Positions 35,046-44,606 of a stretch of 64,000 nucleotides of DNA are shown here, piece by piece. Every line of letters begins with the position of its first letter. Position 1 is the first letter of the stretch. The DNA is from an uncultured virus (IMG/VR IMGVR_UViG_3300042866_001241) (Duplodnaviria > Heunggongvirae > Uroviricota > Caudoviricetes): IMG/VR virus record IMGVR_UViG_3300042866_001241, one strand, 5' to 3'. The position numbers were made by a program, and so were the translations under genes. The notes beneath the pieces were generated by a model. It had not been told where the DNA came from. It saw only the letters and a program-made list of their open reading frames with translations, and made no database searches.

Positions 35046-35819
35046 ATGCCAATCCTTGCTGCTGACCTGAAGGAAGCGATGCGTGCCCAACTTGGTGTTG
35101 CTGGCACGCAACGCTACCTTGACCAGCAGCACTACGTCCCCGCCATCCGGGGAGCACAGCGTCAGTTCGTAGCCTTCATCAACGCACTCCTTGCCGACCG
35201 AAAGGGAAGCGAGGAGTTGTTGCGAGAGGTGACCTTCACCCGGATGTTTCAGACCAACTCCTACGGAGGGGTGACGCTGACACAGGCGCAACTCGGCCAT
35301 AAGGTGTGGGCGATCCTTGGTGTGTTCCCCGAGTGCCTCACCGAGCCTACTGCTCCGCCTATTCTGCCATCAGACACCGATCAAAGCCTTGTGCGCAATG
35401 ACGTGACGATGCGCCGACCGGGGAAGTACCGCTGTACTCGGGTAAGCATCGAGCAGGTTCCGGATACCGTCCGTAACCGCTTCATGCCGGGTGCCGAAAA
35501 GATGGCGAACTCACCGATGCGGACCTATGCCTACTACATCGTGGGCGACAGGTCGGCATCAGTGGCTCAGTTCGAGCCGGGAGACGTGGAGTTGTGCGTG
35601 CTGCCTGAGAGCATCACAGGCAAGGTCGTGTTGGCGGTGAGCTACCTCCGGGACATCGAGGACATCGCCACCATCAACGACACCATCCCGTTCCCGGCAA
35701 GCGCCTTCCAGATCATGCGCGACTTGGCGCTGAACGAACTGAGCGTTCGTCAGGGTGCCAAGCCGTTGTACCAGGTCACCATTGAAAACGTACAGGCCCT
35801 GATGAGGGCACAAAGCTGA
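35046..35819 (+). CDS. Putative head-tail adaptor / tail ring protein
   Basis: 257 aa, synteny, ends SYLRD...DTIPFP typical of ring proteins. Confidence 0.6.
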   Translation: MPILAADLKEAMRAQLGVAGTQRYLDQQHYVPAIRGAQRQFVAFINALLADRKGSEELLREVTFTRMFQTNSYGGVTLTQAQLGHKVWAILGVFPECLTEPTAPPILPSDTDQSLVRNDVTMRRPGKYRCTRVSIEQVPDTVRNRFMPGAEKMANSPMRTYAYYIVGDRSASVAQFEPGDVELCVLPESITGKVVLAVSYLRDIEDIATINDTIPFPASAFQIMRDLALNELSVRQGAKPLYQVTIENVQALMRAQS

Positions 35820-36571
35820 TGCCTACTTGGGGAGACATAGCAGAGGACGTGCTGGTGACGCTGGGGTACACCCATGACGATGCCGTGCGCAACGTTCCCA
35901 ACGTGATGTTCAACATCGCCCTTGTCGTTGACCGCCTCAAGCGGCTCCGGCTGGAGAAGGAGTTGAACTCAGGGATGGGTAGCCGTGGTGCCACGGACAT
36001 GATGACCACGTTCATCGTGCCTGTGGAGCAGGAGAACTACCTTAACGGCCGGAACTATTTCAACCTGCCGGGGGATGTGTACGACCTTCAGGGGAATGGC
36101 GGTATCGAGTACATCGCGTACCACCGGGAGAGCGGATGCCAGGACAACCTGTTCGGCACCCGGTTCACTCTGTCCACCCCCGGAGAGATCGACATCCTTG
36201 CAGGCTCCGAGATGCAGCGTCCGACGCCGTACACCCCGTACTACTTCCGGGCGCGGCTGAACAACGGGCTGACCACCTTCGTCAACAGGGTGTGGCTTAT
36301 CGGCATCAGCCCGAACCTTCAGAGCGTGGAGGTGGGCTTGTACCTGACGGTCGGCGACCTTCAGGACATCGACCCCGATCAGGAGGCTGACCTCCCGGCA
36401 GATATGGTGTACTTGGTGAAGCGTCACCTGCTCGACCTTGAGCGGTGGGTGCTGCTCACCCCTCAGCAGCGACTGAAGAACGATGGGCGCGACTTCCAAG
36501 AGCAGCAGCAGCCCATGCAGCCTCCTCCTGCTGTATCGGTGAACGACCCTTCACTCAACATTGAGATGTAA
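35819..36571 (+). CDS. Putative tail ring protein
   Basis: 250 aa, overlapping stop/start, DLPADMV near C-terminus. Confidence 0.6.
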   Translation: MPTWGDIAEDVLVTLGYTHDDAVRNVPNVMFNIALVVDRLKRLRLEKELNSGMGSRGATDMMTTFIVPVEQENYLNGRNYFNLPGDVYDLQGNGGIEYIAYHRESGCQDNLFGTRFTLSTPGEIDILAGSEMQRPTPYTPYYFRARLNNGLTTFVNRVWLIGISPNLQSVEVGLYLTVGDLQDIDPDQEADLPADMVYLVKRHLLDLERWVLLTPQQRLKNDGRDFQEQQQPMQPPPAVSVNDPSLNIEM

Positions 36572-37341
36572 TGGCACATCTGGCAGGAACCGTACCGGCA
36601 AGTGAGATCATCATCGACGCTGCTCAGTCGATCGGTGATCCCGGCTGCGAAAAAGTCGGCCGTCCGAGGTACAAGTCGTTCGTGCAGAAGGCGCTTGCCG
36701 AGATGTGCTTCGATGCGAAGTACGACCATCGGTACTTCGACGCTGCCATTGACGAGACGCGCATCATCAAGGTTCCCAAGTACGTGGCCGGGGTGAACGC
36801 GGTGTACGCCTACAACGGAGAGAACTGCAATGTCAGCAGCCGGGTGAACATCTACCTGAAGCGCAACTATTTCCACAACGGGGTAGGCAACAAGGGGTTC
36901 GCCCGCAACAACTGGTCGAACATCGACGACAACATGCAGACCAGCAGCGGCATCCTCAACGAGCCGACCAACCTGTACTACTACGGGTGGGACGAAACGG
37001 CCGGGGAGATGCACCTGTCACCCACTTGCAGCCGTTGGCAGCGTGTCCGCATCGAGTATGTAGGCATCGGCATGACCGAGATGTGCCAGGAAGAGCAGAT
37101 CCGGGTGCCGATGTGGTGCCGGGAGGCCATTGAGCACTATGTAGCGATGCGTGCTGCTCAGCACCTCATTCACCTTGAGGGCAAGACGCGCATCGCCACG
37201 GACCAGTACCGAGACTTCAAGGAGGAGTACAAGGGTATCAACGGCTCATGGGCGAACGCCCGCGCTCGGTGGGCGGACATGGACGACAAGGAAAGGGACG
37301 ACATTGCCCTGTACATCAGTCAGCTTGGCTGGCCGCAATGA
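36571..37341 (+). CDS. Putative tail ring (tubular) protein
   Basis: 256 aa, IEYVG...VPMWCREAIEHYV, ring-protein-like. Confidence 0.6.
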   Translation: MAHLAGTVPASEIIIDAAQSIGDPGCEKVGRPRYKSFVQKALAEMCFDAKYDHRYFDAAIDETRIIKVPKYVAGVNAVYAYNGENCNVSSRVNIYLKRNYFHNGVGNKGFARNNWSNIDDNMQTSSGILNEPTNLYYYGWDETAGEMHLSPTCSRWQRVRIEYVGIGMTEMCQEEQIRVPMWCREAIEHYVAMRAAQHLIHLEGKTRIATDQYRDFKEEYKGINGSWANARARWADMDDKERDDIALYISQLGWPQ

Positions 37342-37349
37342 CCTGAAAG

Positions 37350-40300
37350 ATGCTGAGGGAAGAGATTGGTCAATGGTTCAAAAGGCTCTTCTCAAGGGGA
37401 GCAAGACCTGACGTTGAGAAGGAACTTCTTCAGGATGGGTTCTACACCCATGCCGTGAACATGCGTCCTACCGCTGTTGACGGCACGGCAGGCTCCATGA
37501 CCAAGATCGGTGGAGAGCAGTCCCACTTCCGCCCAACATCAGCACAGTTACCATCCGCTGACGGGTACATCTGCATCGGAGCATCCGAAGCATCGGGAGA
37601 CGAAGTGACGTTCTGGGCGCATGAGGACGCGGTGAACAACCCGCCGCTCATCCTGATCAACGGGCTGGAGTGCGCCCGCTCCTTCCTCATCCCGTACCGC
37701 TTCGACCGGCCCCTTCAGTTCGGCGATGTCAGCAGGGCAGCAGGCGGTATCCTGTTCCCGGCCGACCATGCCAGCGACCCGCTGTTCTGGGACATCAAGG
37801 AGATGCAGCAGGCGCTGACGGACGGTACCGGAGCGTACTTCCAGAACTTCGACCCCGCTGCCGTGAGCGTGGTGACGGCCGGACCTGACGAATGGTTCGA
37901 GCACGTAGAGAACGTGAACGTAGGTGTTGGCCTGCCTCCGGGACAGTACGTGTACCGTATGCGCTACCGCACGGCGGCGGGTGATGCAACCAACTCCGGA
38001 CCCGAAACCCCGCACATCACCATCCCCCGTATTCAGGCCCCCATCTACGACCCTCAGGTAGCGAGGCAGTACCCTGGTGGACAGACCACGGGCGGAACGC
38101 CGGTTCCTGACCAGCAGACGCCAACCCCGTACGGTATCAAGCTGCGCTGCCAGATCAACAACCGTTTGGATTTCGCGTTCCTTGAGGTCGTTCGCCGCCG
38201 CTTCAACGATGCTTCCGGACAGAGCGGAGCGGGCATCGACGAGGTAATCGCACGCATTGCCCTTGAGCCGGGACAGTTCGACAACGAGTTCTACTTCACC
38301 GACCCCGTTGACCAGAACTTCCTTGAGACAATCCCCATCCTTGAGACGCAGGTAGAGCAGGTGAACTTCACCGCCCCCAAGACGGTGGAGCACATCGACA
38401 ATCGGATTGTCTACGCCAACTTCCTGAAGAAGGACCGCAGGGCCGACCTGACCTTCCGGGAGGTGAACGGGCTGCGCTCGGTGCCTATCACGCAGAAGGT
38501 ATCCACGCGCTACGGCGGGCAGGAGTACAACGACGGGTACTCCGACCCGGTGAACAACACCTACCTGAAGAGTGCTCAGCACTTGGAGCGGTACGGATTG
38601 GGCATGATGCTGTGGGATGGCAACAGTGCGAAGTCCCCCGTTGCCGAGATCGAGCAGAACTTCGAGTTCCCGGCACGCAGGCTACGCAAGCAGGGCGACA
38701 GCCTTACGTGGTCATCCGACCCCATCTTCGCCGCCAACACCGAGTGCCAGGGTCCGGACCCGGTATCGCCCACCTTCGATGCCATTGTCCAAGGACAGGT
38801 CAGGAAGGAGACGGACAACGCCGGTGGCATCGGGTTCGTGAACGTCATTCAAGGCTCCGGAGCATACAACCCATGGAGGCCGACCGGACCAGCAGACCCC
38901 GATGCCAGCCGGTACAGGACCGCTCCGTTCAAGAGGTGGAACGTCACCAGCCTGCTCGACTTCCGGGAGAACACCGGCTACGTGTTCAACCCTCAGCAGC
39001 ACGCCTTGGGAGCCTTGGTGTACGGCCCGACCAACCTTCAGGAAGTTGCTCCGTGGGCGCGGGTGATTACCATGATGCGTACCCAGCGGGCCGGCCGGGT
39101 GGTAGCAGAGGGCGTGTCCGCTTACTTCCTCAGGACGGATGTTCCAGGTCAGAAGAAGTACATGAACCAGGTGTGGGCGCACTTCCCTGACATCGACTCC
39201 GGCGCTGTGTCGCAGAGCATCGTTCAGGACATCCGGGTAAACCCTCAGAACTACGTGCTCCGGATGACCCCGATGGGCTTCCACTCGGAGATATACGGGT
39301 ACCACACGAACACCGCCATCGGACCCAATGCCGTTGCTGGCGTGGACATCATCAGCTATGCCGATGTCCAGTACGACCACGGGGAGGATGTGTACTCGGT
39401 GAACGTAGGTGAGCAGCCCGGAACGCAAGGGGTGCAGCCGTCCTTCTCAGCACCTGCCGTACCGACGAACTACGTGGGCTACGGACTGTACCGCCGCCTG
39501 AACTCCGATGCTCCGGTAGACCCGGACGACCCGAACAGTCAGGACTACGTTCCGTTCCTTGACCCGAACAACCCCGAGCAGGGCGCGATCGAGTACCCGC
39601 TTGATGCCTTCATCCCGGTGGACGAAGGGCGCGGCAGCCTGTGGGCTATCCGCACGAACGACAACTTCTACATGCGCTCCGGCCTTGTGGACGGACAGTT
39701 CTTTGACGAACAGAACACCCGACGTTTCCACGAGCCGTTCTACATCGTGAGCATCATGCGCCGGGACGCCGTTGTTCCGGACCTGAACATCCAGCAGTAC
39801 GTCAACACCGGCAACCACATCGCCGTAGAGCGCATCATCGGCATCGCCCCGGACACCACCGACCCGTTCAACATTGAACTGTTCCATGCCCGCCGCGACG
39901 ACTGCGTAGGCTTCCTGCCGACCGACTACCGGTACTGCTACGTGAGGGAAGAGGGACAGCCAGAGCGCCGGTACCTGTGCATGACCAACAACGTGCAGGC
40001 TCAGGCTCAGCAGGCACAGATCATCTCGGACATCCAGGCCAACGGCTTCTGGATCGCTCCGGACGGCGGGCAGGTGCATGGCCTGTACCAGTTGGAGGTG
40101 AACACTTCCGGCCCCCGCGATGTGGACTTCCTGAGGTTCGGGCTGTACCCCAATACCCCGGCACCTCCGGCTGGTTCGCGTATCGTGGTGAAGTACGACA
40201 GCAACGCGCCCATCCGGATGTTCGGGTTCGACTGCGTAGTAAGCCCCACCATTTTCTGTCCCATCGACCGGACATACAACGGAGCATCGCCGGAGTCAAC

Positions 40301-41864
40301 GAACTCTTGGCCCAACCCGCCGATGCTGCCGTACGAATCCGGACAGCGCAACCCTGGATACAACCTTCCGAGGAACCCGGTGGCCGGAGGGTCGGAGAAC
40401 ATCGAGCCAGGTATCATCACCAGCATCCACTCCATCCGCCAATGGGTCATCATGGCGCATGTCGTCTCGCGCACGCAGACGTTGATGAACACGGGCACTG
40501 GTGACCCGACGAACGAGAAGTTCGCCTTCCCGCGTACCCACTACGTCATCCGTCCGAGCGTCATCAGCAGCTACGGAGACGGCAACGGCAACAACGGAGG
40601 GTTGGCGAACAACTTCTTCCCTCAGTACGACATCGACTACCCCGGAGAGGGAGCGTTCTTCGGCTTCGGAGGCTTCCGCTTCAACAACGGGTACAACGTG
40701 GACTACCTCCGTCAGCCGCTCGTCACCGGCCTCGGAGCGCCTCAGGACGGCAGCGGACTGAGGACCGACTACCGCAACAGCCACATCGCATCGCTGAGGT
40801 TCGACCCCCTTCAGGACACGACCCCCGGACTGAGGACATTCCTTGAAGACAACATCTTCCCCATCTCGGAGGAGACGGGTGAGATCAAGAGGATCATCGC
40901 CATCGACCAGGGCGGAATGCAGCAACTCTATGGATGGACAGAAGCGGGTGTGTACCGCGTGCCGTACAACAAGAACATCTTGGTGGGGGCAAGCGGAGAG
41001 GATGTGGCAACTCAGTCTATCGAGAACTTCTGGCCGAGGGAGGAGCAGTGGATCATCCGTGGGAACCGGGGTATGCCCGGTCAGTTTTGGAGGATGGCTA
41101 CGAAGGTCCGGGTCAACGACTTTGAGACGGCGGTATGGGTGGACAGGATGGGAGTGTACATGCTGCTCGGAGGCAAGGCTGACAACATCAGCGTTCGCAA
41201 GTTCGACTCCTTCATCCAACCCCTGCTGATGGACACCCCCGGAGACTACCGGCCGGGGTACAATGCGGTGTTCAATGAACAGAAAGGGGAGTGGTGGTTC
41301 ACGCTGCTCGAAGGCACTGCCGGCGACCTGAGCAATAAGCCGCGCCTTATCTGCTACTCCTTGACCAACAACGAGTTGGTGGGTGAGTATACCTACGGGT
41401 ATGACCAGTTATTGCGCAAGGACTCCGGGGTGTACGGCTTCCGGAGGCTGTTGGGCAACAAGCTGGATGTGGGCCTTGCGTTCCTCGACTCTTCCGACCA
41501 AGAGGTGCCGTTCGAGTGCTGGGTAGAAACCCCGTTCGTCCCGTACCCGTTCATGCAGACCGAACTGGTGGCGTGGAGGGTATCGCCCGACAAGCCGGAC
41601 GAGATGAGGATCTACGACCGCAACCACGTTCAGATGGTGCGTGCCAACCGCGACCTTCAAGAAGCCTTCGAGCCGGGAACCGGTGACCTGTGGGTGATGA
41701 AGATCGACTCTTGGCAGAACATGATGAACACGGTGGACGCTTCCTACGATCCCGACCGGTCGGAACCTCCTCAGGACACGATGTTCTACAAGCGGATATA
41801 CCAAAGGTCCATTGCACCTTTCCGCCTTACCTTCGCTTCGCTCCAAGCACGTCAACTCGCATAG
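37350..41864 (+). CDS. Tail stabilisation / muzzle protein
   Basis: 1504 aa beta-rich, begins YTHAVNMR, NRIVYANF motif, follows ring proteins as in crAss-like phages. Confidence 0.7.
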   Translation: MLREEIGQWFKRLFSRGARPDVEKELLQDGFYTHAVNMRPTAVDGTAGSMTKIGGEQSHFRPTSAQLPSADGYICIGASEASGDEVTFWAHEDAVNNPPLILINGLECARSFLIPYRFDRPLQFGDVSRAAGGILFPADHASDPLFWDIKEMQQALTDGTGAYFQNFDPAAVSVVTAGPDEWFEHVENVNVGVGLPPGQYVYRMRYRTAAGDATNSGPETPHITIPRIQAPIYDPQVARQYPGGQTTGGTPVPDQQTPTPYGIKLRCQINNRLDFAFLEVVRRRFNDASGQSGAGIDEVIARIALEPGQFDNEFYFTDPVDQNFLETIPILETQVEQVNFTAPKTVEHIDNRIVYANFLKKDRRADLTFREVNGLRSVPITQKVSTRYGGQEYNDGYSDPVNNTYLKSAQHLERYGLGMMLWDGNSAKSPVAEIEQNFEFPARRLRKQGDSLTWSSDPIFAANTECQGPDPVSPTFDAIVQGQVRKETDNAGGIGFVNVIQGSGAYNPWRPTGPADPDASRYRTAPFKRWNVTSLLDFRENTGYVFNPQQHALGALVYGPTNLQEVAPWARVITMMRTQRAGRVVAEGVSAYFLRTDVPGQKKYMNQVWAHFPDIDSGAVSQSIVQDIRVNPQNYVLRMTPMGFHSEIYGYHTNTAIGPNAVAGVDIISYADVQYDHGEDVYSVNVGEQPGTQGVQPSFSAPAVPTNYVGYGLYRRLNSDAPVDPDDPNSQDYVPFLDPNNPEQGAIEYPLDAFIPVDEGRGSLWAIRTNDNFYMRSGLVDGQFFDEQNTRRFHEPFYIVSIMRRDAVVPDLNIQQYVNTGNHIAVERIIGIAPDTTDPFNIELFHARRDDCVGFLPTDYRYCYVREEGQPERRYLCMTNNVQAQAQQAQIISDIQANGFWIAPDGGQVHGLYQLEVNTSGPRDVDFLRFGLYPNTPAPPAGSRIVVKYDSNAPIRMFGFDCVVSPTIFCPIDRTYNGASPESTNSWPNPPMLPYESGQRNPGYNLPRNPVAGGSENIEPGIITSIHSIRQWVIMAHVVSRTQTLMNTGTGDPTNEKFAFPRTHYVIRPSVISSYGDGNGNNGGLANNFFPQYDIDYPGEGAFFGFGGFRFNNGYNVDYLRQPLVTGLGAPQDGSGLRTDYRNSHIASLRFDPLQDTTPGLRTFLEDNIFPISEETGEIKRIIAIDQGGMQQLYGWTEAGVYRVPYNKNILVGASGEDVATQSIENFWPREEQWIIRGNRGMPGQFWRMATKVRVNDFETAVWVDRMGVYMLLGGKADNISVRKFDSFIQPLLMDTPGDYRPGYNAVFNEQKGEWWFTLLEGTAGDLSNKPRLICYSLTNNELVGEYTYGYDQLLRKDSGVYGFRRLLGNKLDVGLAFLDSSDQEVPFECWVETPFVPYPFMQTELVAWRVSPDKPDEMRIYDRNHVQMVRANRDLQEAFEPGTGDLWVMKIDSWQNMMNTVDASYDPDRSEPPQDTMFYKRIYQRSIAPFRLTFASLQARQLA

Positions 41865-41866
41865 CC

Positions 41867-42625
41867 ATGGTAGACCCCTTCACGATCGCCTCTCTTGCTC
41901 TTGCCGGAACCGAGGCTGTGCGCGGTATTGCTGGCAACTCCAAGGCCAACAAGATGCGCAAGGAGTACGACTCCTACGAGCAAAGTATTCCCATGCAAGA
42001 CCCGGCGCAGATCACGGCGCTCGGAGATACCCGCCGCCGCATGGACGCCCTTCGCCGTGGTGCCGACCCCATGACTGCATTGGGCATGCAGCAGGCACGG
42101 GAGAACCTCGTGAACACGCAGGGCAACATCGTGAAGTCCGGACGCGGCAATATGAGCGACCTGCTGAAAAGCCAGCGCAATGCCGACCTCGGCATGTCGT
42201 CCATTGCTGCTCGTGGCAACGCTGCTGCTGACGCGCTGATGCCGCTGGAAGGAAGCCTTGTGAACTCCATGGCATCGCGGGCCTACAACCGGCAAATGGC
42301 TCGTGCCCGCTTCATGTTCAACGAGTACAGCAACCAGCGTCAGATGGCGGACTCCCGCATCCAAGCTGGCCTTGGTATGCTGCCGAATATCGCCGGAGGC
42401 TTCGGCAAGCGTGCCGCTCCGACCGGGCCGGTTGGTTCGGCAACCATGACCGACCAGATCAACAAGTCCTTGCCTGCTGGCAGGGCGATGTCGGATGGCG
42501 GCCTTGCTCCGGTTGGTTCCGGAATGGGCATGTTCCCGTACATGGCAAATCAGCCCATGGCACAGCCGGCAGGACAACCCGCACCGGTTTGGTGGTCTGG
42601 AGAGAAGCCATCGTGGTGGCGGTAA
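41867..42625 (+). CDS. Putative ejected (internal virion) protein
   Basis: MVDPFTIASLALAG..., A/G/Q/M-rich. Confidence 0.65.
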   Translation: MVDPFTIASLALAGTEAVRGIAGNSKANKMRKEYDSYEQSIPMQDPAQITALGDTRRRMDALRRGADPMTALGMQQARENLVNTQGNIVKSGRGNMSDLLKSQRNADLGMSSIAARGNAAADALMPLEGSLVNSMASRAYNRQMARARFMFNEYSNQRQMADSRIQAGLGMLPNIAGGFGKRAAPTGPVGSATMTDQINKSLPAGRAMSDGGLAPVGSGMGMFPYMANQPMAQPAGQPAPVWWSGEKPSWWR

Positions 42626-42677
42626 TTATTGAAGACCAGCAACCGGGACGCCGAACATCAAATACTGATAACGCACC

Positions 42678-44606
42678 ATGGACGAGGAGGAGTTGAAGCA
42701 ACTCATGCTGAATGTAGGGTCTGGCGGAAATCAAGCCGCTACACAGCAGGAGCTTTCTTCTGCAATGTCTGGCATGCGTTCAGGCGGAACGCCTATGGCG
42801 GACCCGTTTGCCATGGTACAGCCTGTTCGGTATATCACCCCAGAAGAAGAGGTGACGCTCCTCGACGACATGAGCAATATGCCCCCTGAGTTGCAGGGTG
42901 CGGAGGCTTATGGCCCTGAGCCTATTGACACTACTGCTCCTGCTATTCCAGAAGAAGTCATTCAGCCTGGTATGGAGCAGCAGCCGGTTGACCCGGTTCA
43001 ACAACCGGCCAATCAGCCCCGTGGACGCCGGCCCTTCAAGATGGATGTCAGCGCCCCGGAGTTCAATCAGAACTACCGGTACACGCAGCAGGACTTCTAC
43101 GGACAGCAGCGCCCCATCTCCACCACCGATGCGGTAGGTGGCGCATTGCACTTCCCGCAGGCCGGACAGCTTCCGATGGCTATTTGGGCCAGCCGGATGC
43201 AGCAGCATCAGAAGCGCAAGGCAGAGGTGCAGGAGCGCATCAAGCAACTGCGTGACCTTGAGGTAGAGCCGACCGCCGACCCCTACCAGCAGTCCTTCGC
43301 CAAGACCGTAGGTTCTGCCAAGGACAGCTTCGTGAAGGCGCTTGCTGAGTCGTATGACGGTGACGAGAGCAAGGCGTGGATGGAGATCGGAACGGACGGC
43401 ACCGATGCGAACCGGAAGTGGCTTCAGCTACACCGGGACATGGAGGCGCTTGGGCAGTACGGCAAGTTCCTATGGGCGGATGCGAAGGACTACCGCAACC
43501 AAGCCAAGAACAACGAGATCTACTATACCCCCGAGACGCTCAAGCTGGCAGAGGACTTCTACTACGGCCTCGGAAACTTCAGGGGCGATGAGGGTATCGG
43601 CGACATCCACCAACTGACCAAGAACGCCGAGCGCCTGAGCCAGCGTATCAGCATCGAGCAGTTCGCCCAGAAGCAGTTGCTCCCCGGCATCAAGGACCGC
43701 TACGCCCGCTTCCAGGAGGCGAAGTTCTACATCGACCCGAATACCGGGCTGCGTGTGGAGCAGACCAACAAGAAGTACGATGCGAATACCTTCCTTGAGC
43801 AGGAGGCAAGGAACTACGCCCGCATGAACCCCATGGTGAGCGAGGCAGAGGCGCTGGACATCTTCAAGAAGATCATCCCGCCCGAACACTTCGAGATCAA
43901 CCTCGACAGCAAGATGCCGTCCGGCTCGGGCGGTGATGGTGGAGGCGGAACGGCAGGGGGCGGCATCTCGCTCGGCTTCGACTACCGGAAGACCGGACTG
44001 TATGACAAGGCAACCGGGAAGACCGTTGCTGGTGCTCAATCATTGCACTTCACTCCGTTCCAAGAAACGGGTGGCAAGCAGTATCCTGTGAAGGAGATGC
44101 AGGTATCGACAGGCGGAACGACTACCACGAGGCCAATGAGGGATGTCCAGCTTGTCTACGCTCCCGAGCAGGGCAAGTGGAGGCTTGTCGGGAAGATGCT
44201 CGATGAAGGAAGTGTAGAGAAACTGAACAACCTCATAAGCACTACGCAGTTTGACGTTTCCTCCAAGTCAGGTGCTGATGCGCTTGGCGTTCAGAAAGAG
44301 GTGGATCGCGTAGTAGACGAGTTCTGGAGGAAGAACGCGAAGTACAGTGCTGCTGATGCCGATGCGAACACCTCCGTTCTTGAGATGTACTGGAGGAGTG
44401 GCAACCCCGACCAGATGGTTGTCAACGAACTACGGCGCAAGGGTAGCAGGATGACGGTGGAGGATGTGCAGCAGAAGTTGCGCACCAAGGGAGGACGTGA
44501 CGAAATTGCCCGTATCCTTGGGGCGAACATCGAGTCCGGCCAGCCGGCACAGGGAGCACCCGCTCCGGCCACCAATGCAAGCGACCCACTCGGAATACTT
44601 GACTGA
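42678..44606 (+). CDS. Putative ejected (internal virion) protein
   Basis: 642 aa, P/Q-rich N-terminus, ends DPLGILD. Confidence 0.65.
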   Translation: MDEEELKQLMLNVGSGGNQAATQQELSSAMSGMRSGGTPMADPFAMVQPVRYITPEEEVTLLDDMSNMPPELQGAEAYGPEPIDTTAPAIPEEVIQPGMEQQPVDPVQQPANQPRGRRPFKMDVSAPEFNQNYRYTQQDFYGQQRPISTTDAVGGALHFPQAGQLPMAIWASRMQQHQKRKAEVQERIKQLRDLEVEPTADPYQQSFAKTVGSAKDSFVKALAESYDGDESKAWMEIGTDGTDANRKWLQLHRDMEALGQYGKFLWADAKDYRNQAKNNEIYYTPETLKLAEDFYYGLGNFRGDEGIGDIHQLTKNAERLSQRISIEQFAQKQLLPGIKDRYARFQEAKFYIDPNTGLRVEQTNKKYDANTFLEQEARNYARMNPMVSEAEALDIFKKIIPPEHFEINLDSKMPSGSGGDGGGGTAGGGISLGFDYRKTGLYDKATGKTVAGAQSLHFTPFQETGGKQYPVKEMQVSTGGTTTTRPMRDVQLVYAPEQGKWRLVGKMLDEGSVEKLNNLISTTQFDVSSKSGADALGVQKEVDRVVDEFWRKNAKYSAADADANTSVLEMYWRSGNPDQMVVNELRRKGSRMTVEDVQQKLRTKGGRDEIARILGANIESGQPAQGAPAPATNASDPLGILD